Origin: an uncultured Candidatus Saccharibacteria bacterium
Lineage (GTDB): Bacteria > Patescibacteriota > Doudnabacteria > UBA920
Assembly: GCA_964474825.1 (NCBI GenBank)
Contig: CAYYWQ010000001.1
Coordinates: 229,609-293,608, forward strand
Direction: 5' to 3'
DNA length: 64,000 nt
The stretch's first letter is position 1. The number at the start of each line of letters is the position of its first letter. Under the pieces are notes generated by a model, which made no database searches, was not told the origin of the DNA, and saw only the letters and a program-made list of their open reading frames with translations. The translations under genes were made by a program, and so were the position numbers. Below are positions 37,615-47,439 of the stretch, piece by piece.

Positions 37615-39972
37615 ATGGGATTTGTAGAAAAATTAAAAGACGGGGTCAATAGGTTTATTGACCAAATGGAAATTAACGATCTGGATTATAGGGTCCAGTT
37701 GGTTTTGCGCGAGCGCGAGGAGTTAAAAACCTGGACAGACCAGGAATTAAAATTATCCACACTCGCTTTTAAAGACGATTTAAAAAAAGGAAAACGTTTG
37801 GACAGTTTACTTGTGCAGGCTTTTGCGGTTGTTAACGAAGCGGCGCGGCGGGTGTACAAAAAATCTCCTTTTCCGGTGCAAATCTTAGCAGGGATGGTTA
37901 TTCATAAAGGAAGAGTGGTGGAAATGAAGGCCGGTGAAGGCAAGACTTTAATGGTCACTATGCCTGTGTATTTAAACGCACTTTTGGGAAAAGGCGTGCA
38001 TCTCGTAACCACGAACGATTATTTAGCCGAACGCGACGCCACACAAATGGGCAAGCTCTACAATTTTTTAGGGCTAACCGTCGCTCACGTAACTTCGGAA
38101 ATGAAGCCGGACGAACACCGGAAAGCTTATGCAGCGGATATAACTTATGTTTCTAACCAAGAAATCGGGTTTGATTATTTGAGAGATAATTTAGTTTTCC
38201 GTAAAGCCGACCGCGTTCTTAGGCAAGAGCATCCTTTATTTTTTGGAATTGTAGACGAAATTGACAGCATTTTAATAGACGAGTCGCGGACCCCTTTAAT
38301 TATTGCCGAGGCGGTAAAAGAGGAAAGGAATTTTTACGACCAGTTTACCGAAATTGTTACTAAGTTAGAGGAAGAAAAAGATTATGTGGTAGATTACGTC
38401 CATAAAACAGTGGCAATGACAGACGCGGGCTTAAACAATGTGGAGAATCTTTTGGGCAGCAAAGTTTTTGACCAAGACAACCCAATGTACGTGTTTTATT
38501 TGGACGTATGCTTGCGGGCCAAGGTTTTGTTTGAAAAAGACCGGGACTATATTATAACTTCCGAGGGAGTGGAAATTGTAGACGAATTTACCGGCCGCGT
38601 CCTGCCCGGCCGCAGGTTTACAGACGGCGTTCACCAGGCCATTGAGGCCAAGGAACAAATTAAAATAAAAGACTCCGACCGCACTTCCGCTGCCATTACT
38701 TTCCAGAATTTTTTTCCGCTTTATGAAAAGCTTTCAGGCATGAGCGGCACGGTCATGCGTTCGCGCGACGAGTTTAACCGGGTTTATAAACTGGACGTAA
38801 TCCGCGTGCCTACCAACCGTCCGGTTGTCCGCGTTGATCATAATAATTTGTTTTTCAAAACCCAAAAAGGTAAATTTTTGGGATTGGTAAAAAAAATAAA
38901 ACAAATCCATGGGCGGGGACAGCCTTTGCTAATTGGCGCTCGTAACGTGGAAACCGCTCATGTGGTGGCAAAAATTTTAGAAGCGGAAAATTTACCCTAC
39001 CAATTACTTACGGCAGCGGACCACAAGGCCGAAGCAGAAAAAGTTGAACGCGGCGGGCAGTCGGGGATGATCACCGTAGCCACAAATATGGCGGGGCGGG
39101 GGACAGACATTTTGCTTGGTCAGGGCGTGGAGCAAAGCGGAGGGCTTTTTGTGCTTGGAACTGAAAGGCATGAATCAAGAAGGATCGATGATCAGCTTAT
39201 TGGCCGCTCAGGCCGCCAGGGTGAACCCGGCGAGTCGCAGTTCTTAATTAGTATGGAAGACGAAATTATGCAGTTGTTCGGCAGCGAAAGCATTATTGAC
39301 GCCATGGAGCAGCTAGATATGGCCGAAGACGAATACATTTCGGGTAAAGGGCTGGACGAAGCTTTTGAACGGGCCCAAACTTTTGTGGATAGCCGTAATT
39401 TTGACTCGCGTATTTATTTATACAAATATGACAGCGTAACCAGTTTCCAGCGCAAGGCTATTTATAGTTTGCGGAATTCGCTTTTGGAAAATGCATCCGG
39501 CTTTGAGGATTTTTTGCAGACTGCCGTGGCTTCAGAAATTGAAAGGATTTTAGCTATTGGCAACGCAAAATTAATAACCGCGGAATTTTTAAAAATATTT
39601 TTTGTTGAAGTGGACGAACAAGAATTGGGAGGATTGCTTAAATCGCCAAATAAAAAAGGCGAGGGAATAGACCTTATAAAAAATCGCCTCGGCGGCTATT
39701 TGCTCGACAGGGCTAAAAAAATCCAGGCCCAAGGGCAGGATTTTATAACAGCCCAAAGCCTGGTCCTGCAAATAATAGACAACAACTGGAGCAATCAACT
39801 GGAATTAATGGACGTGCTAAAAGAGGAGGCGTCGCTTTTTTCCTACGCCTCGCAAGATCCGCTTATAGATTATATTTTGGAAGCCAATAAACTCTTTGAC
39901 CACATGCAGCAGGACATTAAGACCCAATTGGTTAAAGCAATTTTTATTTATTTGAACCAGCATGGGCTGTAA
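37615..39972 (+). CDS. secA: preprotein translocase ATPase SecA
   Basis: MKAGEGKTLMVTMPVYLNALLGKGVHLVTTNDYLAERDA (Walker A/DEAD motor), 785 aa. Confidence 0.9.
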   Translation: MGFVEKLKDGVNRFIDQMEINDLDYRVQLVLREREELKTWTDQELKLSTLAFKDDLKKGKRLDSLLVQAFAVVNEAARRVYKKSPFPVQILAGMVIHKGRVVEMKAGEGKTLMVTMPVYLNALLGKGVHLVTTNDYLAERDATQMGKLYNFLGLTVAHVTSEMKPDEHRKAYAADITYVSNQEIGFDYLRDNLVFRKADRVLRQEHPLFFGIVDEIDSILIDESRTPLIIAEAVKEERNFYDQFTEIVTKLEEEKDYVVDYVHKTVAMTDAGLNNVENLLGSKVFDQDNPMYVFYLDVCLRAKVLFEKDRDYIITSEGVEIVDEFTGRVLPGRRFTDGVHQAIEAKEQIKIKDSDRTSAAITFQNFFPLYEKLSGMSGTVMRSRDEFNRVYKLDVIRVPTNRPVVRVDHNNLFFKTQKGKFLGLVKKIKQIHGRGQPLLIGARNVETAHVVAKILEAENLPYQLLTAADHKAEAEKVERGGQSGMITVATNMAGRGTDILLGQGVEQSGGLFVLGTERHESRRIDDQLIGRSGRQGEPGESQFLISMEDEIMQLFGSESIIDAMEQLDMAEDEYISGKGLDEAFERAQTFVDSRNFDSRIYLYKYDSVTSFQRKAIYSLRNSLLENASGFEDFLQTAVASEIERILAIGNAKLITAEFLKIFFVEVDEQELGGLLKSPNKKGEGIDLIKNRLGGYLLDRAKKIQAQGQDFITAQSLVLQIIDNNWSNQLELMDVLKEEASLFSYASQDPLIDYILEANKLFDHMQQDIKTQLVKAIFIYLNQHGL

Positions 39973-40010
39973 CGCACGGAAGCGGGGGACTACACAAACC
40001 TATATAACTT

Positions 40011-40019
40011 TGGTATAAT
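40011..40019 (+). promoter_or_regulatory. extended -10 promoter (TGGTATAAT) placing TSS at or next to the gatC ATG (leaderless)
   Basis: tggtataat ends 6 nt before ATG 40026; no SD sequence possible. Confidence 0.35.
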
Positions 40020-40025
40020 TTGGTC

Positions 40026-40307
40026 ATGTTGACCACGGAAGAAGTCAAAAAAATCGCGCTTTTGGCGCGAATTGAATTAACAGAAGCCGAGGTGGAAAAG
40101 TTCCGTAAGGACCTTTCCACTGTTTTAGATTACGTAGACGAGTTAAAAAAAGTAAATGTAGAAGGCTTGGAAGAAGTGTCGCAAGTGACCGGATTGGTTA
40201 ACGTGCAAAGGGATGACAAGCCTGTAGTTGCAAGCAACCGCGAAGAAATATTTTCTCAAGCCCCAGAAATGAAAGATGGGTTTTATAAAGTGAAATCGAT
40301 TCTTTAG
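40026..40307 (+). CDS. gatC: Asp/Glu-tRNA amidotransferase subunit C
   Basis: MLTTEEVKKIALLARIELTEAEVEKF typical GatC N-terminus. Confidence 0.8.
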   Translation: MLTTEEVKKIALLARIELTEAEVEKFRKDLSTVLDYVDELKKVNVEGLEEVSQVTGLVNVQRDDKPVVASNREEIFSQAPEMKDGFYKVKSIL

Positions 40308-40313
40308 CTAAAT

Positions 40314-41795
40314 ATGGAATTCACACATTTATCTTTAACAGAATTAAGAAAACTCCTTGACGACAAAAAAGTTTCGTCTGTTGAATTGACGAAGTATTTT
40401 TTGTCGCGTATAAAACAGCACGACAAAGACCTTAATTCTTTTATTACAGTCTCAGAGGAAGAAGCTTTAAAGCAGGCTCAGGAAGCAGACAATTACATGG
40501 CGAGTGGCGGTGAGAACCCATTACTGTGCGGTATTCCATACGCGGCCAAAGACATGTTTTTAACTAAAGGAATCCGCACTACCGCAGGCAGCAAAATTTT
40601 GGACAATTATATTCCGCCTTACGACTCCACAATCATTTCCAAATTAAAAGACCAAAAAGCTGTCCTACTTGGCAAAACCAACCAAGACCAATTCGCCCAC
40701 GGCAGCAGCGGGGAAAGCTCAGCTTATGGTTTTACTTTTAACCCATGGGACAAAACTAGAATGCCTGCCGGGTCTTCTTCGGGCAGCGGCGCGGCAGCTG
40801 CAGCTGGGTTGGCTCCTTATGCATTAGGGACCGACACTGGCGGAAGCATTCGCGGGCCGGCCAGTATGTGCGGCATTACCGGATTCAAACCAACATATGG
40901 CCGTACCAGCCGGTACGGCGTAATTTCTATGGCATCCAGCATGGACACCCAGGGCTTTTTATGCGGCTCGGCTGAGGAAGCGGCGCAGTTGGCAGAAGTA
41001 ATTTCCGGTTATGACCCAAAAGATTCCTCCACCGGGAATGTTGAAGTGCCAAATTATTCTAAAAATTTAAACAAAGACCTTAAGGGTGTTAAAGTCGGAA
41101 TTCCAAAAGAATATTTTGTGAAAGGTATGGAGCCGGGAGTGGAAGCACGGGTGCGAGAGGCTATTAAGGAAATAGAAAAGTTAGGCGCGGAAATTGTGGA
41201 GGTAAGTTTACCACATACACATTACGGACAAATGGTTTACGCAATAATTTGTCCTTCAGAAGTTTCCTCTAACCTTGCCAAGTACGACGGTATTCGTTTT
41301 GGCCACTCAACCAAAAATGCAAAAGATTTAATGGAAGTTTATACCAAAAGTCGCGCCGAAGGTTTTGGCGACGAAGCCAAGCGTAGAATTATGACCGGGA
41401 CTTATGTTTTAAGCGCCGGCTATTACGATGCGTATTACAAACGGGCGCAAAAAATTAGGCGCCTAATTATAAATGACTTCGAGGAAGTTTTTAAAAAGGT
41501 AGATGTATTGCTTACGCCAACCCAGCCTAACGTGGCGCCTAAATCTGGCATTGCCCAGAATGACCCAATTTTTGCTTACATTGCCGACCAGCTTGTTGTA
41601 AACTGCAACTTAGCGGGCATCCCGGCTTTGTCTGTGCCATGCGGCTTTAGCAAAGCTACAGACGGAGACGTAGAACTGCCCGTGGGCTTACAAATAATTG
41701 GCCCGCAATGGGGTGAGCAAAAGATTTTTAATGTGGGTTATGCATATCAGCAGGCCACAGATTGGCACAAAAAACATCCTAATATTATTACTTAA
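40314..41795 (+). CDS. gatA: Asp/Glu-tRNA amidotransferase subunit A
   Basis: amidase signature AGSSSGSGAAAAAGLAPYALGTDTGGSIRGPAS. Confidence 0.9.
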   Translation: MEFTHLSLTELRKLLDDKKVSSVELTKYFLSRIKQHDKDLNSFITVSEEEALKQAQEADNYMASGGENPLLCGIPYAAKDMFLTKGIRTTAGSKILDNYIPPYDSTIISKLKDQKAVLLGKTNQDQFAHGSSGESSAYGFTFNPWDKTRMPAGSSSGSGAAAAAGLAPYALGTDTGGSIRGPASMCGITGFKPTYGRTSRYGVISMASSMDTQGFLCGSAEEAAQLAEVISGYDPKDSSTGNVEVPNYSKNLNKDLKGVKVGIPKEYFVKGMEPGVEARVREAIKEIEKLGAEIVEVSLPHTHYGQMVYAIICPSEVSSNLAKYDGIRFGHSTKNAKDLMEVYTKSRAEGFGDEAKRRIMTGTYVLSAGYYDAYYKRAQKIRRLIINDFEEVFKKVDVLLTPTQPNVAPKSGIAQNDPIFAYIADQLVVNCNLAGIPALSVPCGFSKATDGDVELPVGLQIIGPQWGEQKIFNVGYAYQQATDWHKKHPNIIT

Positions 41796-41798
41796 ACA

Positions 41799-42176
41799 AT
41801 GACTTATTTTACAAAATATTCTTATCTTTCAGCCCGACTTTATTCGACGTTTGAAGAATTATACAAATATAATCCCAATAGCGGCGGCGATTTTATTGGT
41901 TATTCTCAAGCAAGGGGAAAATTTATACTTTATTACGGATCCTTATTTATATTTATAATTCTTTTGCTCAGCAAAATTATTTGGGATAGCAGAATAAATC
42001 ACGGCTTGTTTATTGTGTTTTCAGTTTTAACTTTTGGAACTATAATAGGTTTTATTTCTGATTTAGTGAGAATCCGTATATTTAAAAAAAGGAGCCTCCG
42101 CGAAGGAAATTTAGTGTATGAGTCAGGTTTGTTAATTTTGGGAAATAAAAAGTATTCATTGGAACATTTAGAATAA
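41799..42176 (+). CDS. hypothetical small membrane protein inserted between gatA and gatB
   Basis: two TM helices; 125 aa. Confidence 0.45.
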   Translation: MTYFTKYSYLSARLYSTFEELYKYNPNSGGDFIGYSQARGKFILYYGSLFIFIILLLSKIIWDSRINHGLFIVFSVLTFGTIIGFISDLVRIRIFKKRSLREGNLVYESGLLILGNKKYSLEHLE

Positions 42177-42178
42177 AA

Positions 42179-43672
42179 ATGAAAGAATTTCCATCTTCAA
42201 CTGAATATCAGCCGGTAATTGGGTTTGAAATCCATATTCAGCTTGCTACTAAGAGCAAGATGTTTAGTGCTGCGCCAAATAATCCGGACCAGGCAGTTCC
42301 TAATACTAATATAGACGAGGTGGTAACTGCCCAGCCCGGAACTTTGCCAGTGGCTAATAAAGAGGCTATAAAATTAGCAGCAATGGTTGGCTTGGCTTTA
42401 AATTGCACTATAGACGAGTGGAGCAAGTTTGACCGTAAGCATTATTTTTATCCGGACTTGCCCAAGGGCTATCAAATTTCCCAGTATGATCAGCCAATTG
42501 CCAAGAATGGTTATTTGGACGTGGTAGTCGCCGGAAAAACTAGGCGCATAAATATTACGCGTGCTCATTTGGAGGAAGACGCAGGTAAAAACATTCATCC
42601 CGAAGGTTTGCCCTATTCTTTGGTGGACTATAACAGGGCCGGCTGTGCGCTCTTGGAAATTGTTTCTGAGCCCGACATAGAAAGTGGCGCCGAAGGCAGG
42701 GCATATTTGGAAGAAATTAGGAATATTGTGCGCTATTTGGGAGTGTCTTCGGCGGATATGGAAAAAGGTTTAATGCGCTGCGAGCCAAGTATTAGCGTAA
42801 GAAAACCCGGGGAGACAACTTTGCCAAAATATAAAGTGGAAGTTAAAAATATTAACAGCATTAGTTTTGCCGAGGCTGCTATAAATTACGAAATCGCCCG
42901 CCAAACAGAAATTTTAAAAGAAGGCGGCACGCCCAAACAGGTTACTATGGGTTGGAACGAAAAGCAGGGGATTACTGTAGAACAAAGAAGTAAAGAAGAG
43001 GCGAACGACTATCGCTACTTTCCGGAACCGGACTTACCTGTGTTACAATTTACTCAGGAATATTTAAACGACCTACGGGCGCATATGCCAGAACTTCCCG
43101 AGCAAAAAAGAAAGCGGTTTTTGGAAGAATATAATTTACCAGCCGCAGACGTAGCGAATTTAATAAACTGGAAAGACTTGGCCAACTATTTTGAAGATGT
43201 GGTAAGTGAAATAGATGCCTGGATGGAAGAAGAGAAAGGCCTAGACCGCAACGCTTTAATTAAACAAGCAACCAACTGGTGCTTGCAAGATTTTTCCGCT
43301 GCGTTAAATGCAAAGTTAATGAAGCCGCAAGACTCTACAGTAACGCCCGAAAATTTTGCGGAATTAATTAAATTAATGGCCCAAGGAAAAATTTCCGGCA
43401 GCGCGGCTAAAACTGTATTTAAAGTTATGTTTGAAAAAGGCGGCGACCCTTCTAATATAGTGGAAGATATGGGTCTTCACCAGGTAAGCGACGAATCTGC
43501 AATAGCCGAAGCCTTAGACAAAGTTATATCCGCCAACGCAAAAGCAGTAACAGACTACAAATCCGGCGAACAAAAAAGTTTTGGTTTTCTGGTTGGTCAA
43601 ACCATGAAAGAGTTAAAAGGCAAAGGAAACCCACAAGTTATAAACGAGTTATTGAAAAAGAAATTATTGTAG
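42179..43672 (+). CDS. gatB: Asp/Glu-tRNA amidotransferase subunit B
   Basis: YQPVIGFEIHIQL N-terminus, C-terminal GatB/YqeY domain GFLVGQTMKELKGKGNP. Confidence 0.9.
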   Translation: MKEFPSSTEYQPVIGFEIHIQLATKSKMFSAAPNNPDQAVPNTNIDEVVTAQPGTLPVANKEAIKLAAMVGLALNCTIDEWSKFDRKHYFYPDLPKGYQISQYDQPIAKNGYLDVVVAGKTRRINITRAHLEEDAGKNIHPEGLPYSLVDYNRAGCALLEIVSEPDIESGAEGRAYLEEIRNIVRYLGVSSADMEKGLMRCEPSISVRKPGETTLPKYKVEVKNINSISFAEAAINYEIARQTEILKEGGTPKQVTMGWNEKQGITVEQRSKEEANDYRYFPEPDLPVLQFTQEYLNDLRAHMPELPEQKRKRFLEEYNLPAADVANLINWKDLANYFEDVVSEIDAWMEEEKGLDRNALIKQATNWCLQDFSAALNAKLMKPQDSTVTPENFAELIKLMAQGKISGSAAKTVFKVMFEKGGDPSNIVEDMGLHQVSDESAIAEALDKVISANAKAVTDYKSGEQKSFGFLVGQTMKELKGKGNPQVINELLKKKLL

Positions 43673-43757
43673 TATTTTTATCAAATTTAAAGGCGGGGGG
43701 AACTTTGACATTCCGTACCCGCCTTTGAGCTTGTTGAGCATTTTTTTGCCGACTGCT

Positions 43758-43781
43758 AGCGCCTCTGTGGGCGCTTTTTTG
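43758..43781 (+). terminator. rho-independent terminator after gatB
   Basis: agcgcc-tctgtgg-gcgct hairpin followed by tttttt. Confidence 0.5.
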
Positions 43782-43788
43782 ACAGTGG

Positions 43789-44397
43789 TTACGCCTTACG
43801 CCGCCGCAGCCACAGCAAGCAGCTCGCCCCGCTGCCCATCAGAAGGAGCGAGGACGGCTCGGGCGTTAGCGTTGTTGCCCTTTGCTGGCCTATATAGGGC
43901 AACACATCACCGTTGACGTCGGTGATATTAAGGACGCTAAAAAAAAGCTCGTCCCCAACGTCGTGGTGGGAGGTGCCGGTCCAAAATAGAAAATCTCCCA
44001 AGTTCGGTACCCAGGGGGTAACGATCACCGGCCCAAAGGTTGGACCGTTAAAACCGCCTCCGGAGCTGGTAAGCTCCGCCCAGGGGCCCGGTATTGGAGA
44101 CGTCATTTCAAAATCTGTCTCATACCAGAGCCCGCCCGGCCTGACACCGAACGAACCCACGCCGTAGCCGGTTGGTGTCGGGCCCGTGCCGTCCCAGCCT
44201 TCTTCGATGTAGACCGATCCGAAGATCAGCCAGTCAATCGAAGCCCCGTCCGGCATGCCGTTATTGGTGAGTTTAAAGCTGTAAGAGAACAGTCCTCCGG
44301 CTTGGGGTGTTACGGAGTACTCCAAGGTTAGGGGTTCCGCCCCGGCAAACATCGCCATGGCGAAAATCAGAAAAGCAAGCGCGAGAATGCGCGACAT
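43789..44397 (-). CDS. PEP-CTERM sorting-domain secreted protein (high-GC island)
   Basis: signal peptide; C-terminal TPEP + hydrophobic SSLLLMGSGASCLLWL + RRRKA = PEP-CTERM tripartite motif. Confidence 0.6.
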   Translation of the reverse strand: MSRILALAFLIFAMAMFAGAEPLTLEYSVTPQAGGLFSYSFKLTNNGMPDGASIDWLIFGSVYIEEGWDGTGPTPTGYGVGSFGVRPGGLWYETDFEMTSPIPGPWAELTSSGGGFNGPTFGPVIVTPWVPNLGDFLFWTGTSHHDVGDELFFSVLNITDVNGDVLPYIGQQRATTLTPEPSSLLLMGSGASCLLWLRRRKA

Positions 44398-44549
44398 GAT
44401 TTAGGTCTCCTTGTGGTTTTCGATTGTTGATCAGAAGGTTTTTTGTACACTCGAGACGTACAAAAATTACTACTGCTGATCTCAGTAGATAACCGCATAG
44501 TATATCAAAAAACCCTTGAAATGTCAAGGGTTTTTGTAAATACAATAAG

Positions 44550-45461
44550 CTATTTTAAGTATTTTGAAACAACGTGTGCTGCTTTTTTAGGTTCTTTTAA
44601 CCAAATAATTTCTTTGTTCCTTTTCCACCAAGTCATTTGTCTTTTACTATAGTGTTTTATTGCGTATGAAAGTTGCACGAACATTTCATCTTCCGTAAGT
44701 TTTTTTTGTAAATACTGGGAGACAAATTTGTATTCCAAACCAAAAGATTCCAGTTTTTTCCAGGACAAACCAACTTTATGGAGTTTTTGAACTTCTTTAA
44801 TCATTCCGGCTTTGAGGCGCTGTTTTAACCGCACGTCTATTTTTTTGTATAAAGTTTTTTGGTCAACATTAATTCCCAGCCACAGAGCCTTGCCGTTAAA
44901 TGATTTTAAAATTGGAATCGGTTTTCCAGTTGCTAGAATAATTTCCAAAGCACGAATAAGACGGCGTTTGTTGTGGCGGTCAATGTTTTTGGCGCGGGTG
45001 GGGTCTAGTTTTTGAAGGCGCTTAAATAAAATATATGCGTTTTGTTTTTCCAGTTTTAGTCTAAGCCTAAGATTAGGTTTGATATTTGGAATTTCTTGAT
45101 TATAAACTACTGCGTCTATCCATTGTGCTGTTCCGCCGCACAAAATGGGAAGTTTACCGCGCTTGGTAACATCAGCAATAACTTTTTTGGCCTCTTTCTG
45201 AAACTCTGCAACTGAATATTGTTTTTTGGGATTTATAAAATCTATAAGGTGGTGGGGGATTTCTTTATAAAAATATTGTAATCCCTCGCGGCCACGATTT
45301 ATTACAATTTCCCACTTTCCTTCTACTTTGCCTGTTCCCAAATCCATTCCTTTATAAATTTGCCGGCTGTCAGCGGAAATTATTTCACCTTTAAAGCGCT
45401 TTGCGAGCTGGACTGCCAGTTCAGATTTTCCGGAGCTTGTCGACCCTACTATTGCAATCAT
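44550..45461 (-). CDS. miaA: tRNA dimethylallyltransferase MiaA
   Basis: P-loop IAIVGSTSSGKSELAVQLA, ISADSRQIYKGMDLGTGK; internal Met chosen as start. Confidence 0.85.
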   Translation of the reverse strand: MIAIVGSTSSGKSELAVQLAKRFKGEIISADSRQIYKGMDLGTGKVEGKWEIVINRGREGLQYFYKEIPHHLIDFINPKKQYSVAEFQKEAKKVIADVTKRGKLPILCGGTAQWIDAVVYNQEIPNIKPNLRLRLKLEKQNAYILFKRLQKLDPTRAKNIDRHNKRRLIRALEIILATGKPIPILKSFNGKALWLGINVDQKTLYKKIDVRLKQRLKAGMIKEVQKLHKVGLSWKKLESFGLEYKFVSQYLQKKLTEDEMFVQLSYAIKHYSKRQMTWWKRNKEIIWLKEPKKAAHVVSKYLK

Positions 45462-45503
45462 TTTGTTAAAAATGTATAATTTGTCCATTAAAGGGAGGAA
45501 TTA

Positions 45504-45803
45504 GTGTTAGAAGAAATGTTAAAAAGGAACGGTGGAGTCTTGGAGTTTGACTCCGCACGGTTTTCCTTCTCGGATTCGAAGAAGGACGACTCAGAGTTTT
45601 TTGCCCAGCTTGCTGAGTTAATTGAGCGGGGGAATGCAATTGCGGTAACACTCGTTCGCTACCAGGTCATGCTTCCGGCCTGTCAGATAATTTGTTTGGT
45701 TCTGCGTTCCCACGAACTGTTCGACCAGGTAATGGCGGAGTCCGAGGCTGGAAAGCTATGGTTTGACATACTGAGGAATCGCAAGGGCAGGCCCTGCGAA
45801 TAA
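45504..45803 (+). CDS. hypothetical small protein in ~50% GC patch with own terminator
   Basis: ORF followed by hairpin + T-run at ~45866-45897. Confidence 0.25.
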   Translation: MLEEMLKRNGGVLEFDSARFSFSDSKKDDSEFFAQLAELIERGNAIAVTLVRYQVMLPACQIICLVLRSHELFDQVMAESEAGKLWFDILRNRKGRPCE

Positions 45804-45990
45804 CTCAGCCCTTGACCAGCTTGCCGCCATTTCCTTTGCCACTGGCTCCACTTCGAAGCCCGGCCCCGTGCAGTTTCATGCGGGGTCGGTTTTTTACTTC
45901 CCGTTTTTTCCCCTTAGTTACGACTTCGTCAAAAATTTTCTTGCGCATAAGTTTATTGAGTAATATAATATTATTATAGCATTTTTATTT

Positions 45991-46521
45991 ATGGCTAACT
46001 CTAAACTTATGGGTAAAAAGATTTTAGCAATAGTTATTTTTTTGTTGGCTGTTTCGGGGGTGTTTTTCTTCCTATACCGCGGCTCGGTAAAACCTGCTGA
46101 GGCGCCTAACCAAGAAGAGGAAAGCGCCCTGCCGGGCAGTCAAAACATCCAAGCTCCTACGTCAAACCAAACGCCAACTCCGGTGCCGACTGAGGTGAAA
46201 ATAGATGTTAACGGTAAAGAGTTAAAAGGCACTTTTAGCGCCGGGGAAGATATGCCCGACGGGTCCAGTATTTCGGTGCTGCAAGTGGACTTTGACGGCA
46301 AGCAATTTACTCCGGCATCCATAGATATTAAAGTTAACGACTGGATATTCTTTAAAAATAACAGTGAGAGTGAATTACATCTGGTTTCCTCAGTTTTCCC
46401 GCAGGCCCAAACCATAGCCCCAACAAAGCAATATAAATTCCAGTTTACTAAGGCTGGTAAATTTACTTACGAAAATTCTTTGCAAAGTTTCATGCAGGGG
46501 GTAGTTAACGTTAGTCAATAA
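45991..46521 (+). CDS. hypothetical membrane-anchored secreted protein
   Basis: N-terminal TM; followed by terminator accctcgtttgagggtttttt at 46537-46558. Confidence 0.5.
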   Translation: MANSKLMGKKILAIVIFLLAVSGVFFFLYRGSVKPAEAPNQEEESALPGSQNIQAPTSNQTPTPVPTEVKIDVNGKELKGTFSAGEDMPDGSSISVLQVDFDGKQFTPASIDIKVNDWIFFKNNSESELHLVSSVFPQAQTIAPTKQYKFQFTKAGKFTYENSLQSFMQGVVNVSQ

Positions 46522-46592
46522 TCGGCAAAACCACCTAACCCTCGTTTGAGGGTTTTTTGCTGATTGGGAGGGAAAATGATATAATCTTTGAT

Positions 46593-47426
46593 ATGAACTG
46601 GAAGACTTTTGGGCATATTGATACAAAAAATATTCTGGAAAAACAATTGCAGTTAGGGCTTTTGCCTCATGCTTATTTGTTTTCCGGACCCTCTGGTATA
46701 GGAAAAAAAGCCCTGGCCCAAGAGTTAGCCCAAAAGATTTTATGCACAGAGAGGCTAGATAGTCATCCTGATTTTTTTATTTTAGACCAAAGCGAAGTAA
46801 TTAGCGTAGAACAAATTCGCGAGGTAATTTCACGTTTAAGTTTAAAGCCGTTGGCCGGGCCAAAAAAAGTGGCTATTATTAACAATGCTGAACTGTTAAA
46901 CCAGCAGAGCGGCAACGCTTTACTTAAAACTTTGGAAGAGCCTTCCGGCAGTACAATAATAATTTTAGTAGGCGACAGCCAAAGAATTTTGCCTACACTG
47001 CGTTCCCGCTGCTTGGTTTTAAATATGCAAATGTTTAGCCGCCAGCAATTAAAGGATTTTGCATTATCGGGTAACTTGGAAGTTAACGAAGAGCTTGTAG
47101 ATTTAAGCTTTGGTTCTCCTGCTGAATTTTTAAAGTTGTCGTCCGGTAAAACATTGGCAGAAGCAAGTAGGCAGGAACAACAGCGCTGGCAGGAGTTAAA
47201 AAAACTTCCTCTGGGCGAGAGAATTTTGGCAATTGCTGATTTGGCAGAAATGGAAAACGAACAATTGAGTAATTTATTAACTGCGTGGCTGCTCGGCCAA
47301 CGGCAGGATTTAGCCGGGAATCCAAAAAGTTTTGGCAGTTTGGGCGCTCTGCAGGAAGCGGTTGTGGCGCTAAGGAGTAATCAAAATAAAAAAAGTATTT
47401 TACAAAGCCTAATGTTAAAAGTATAA
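46593..47426 (+). CDS. holB: DNA polymerase III delta' subunit
   Basis: LPHAYLFSGPSGIGKKALAQELAQKILC (P-loop/zinc module), SRC motif LRSRC. Confidence 0.75.
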   Translation: MNWKTFGHIDTKNILEKQLQLGLLPHAYLFSGPSGIGKKALAQELAQKILCTERLDSHPDFFILDQSEVISVEQIREVISRLSLKPLAGPKKVAIINNAELLNQQSGNALLKTLEEPSGSTIIILVGDSQRILPTLRSRCLVLNMQMFSRQQLKDFALSGNLEVNEELVDLSFGSPAEFLKLSSGKTLAEASRQEQQRWQELKKLPLGERILAIADLAEMENEQLSNLLTAWLLGQRQDLAGNPKSFGSLGALQEAVVALRSNQNKKSILQSLMLKV

Positions 47427-47439
47427 ATCTTTTTCACAA

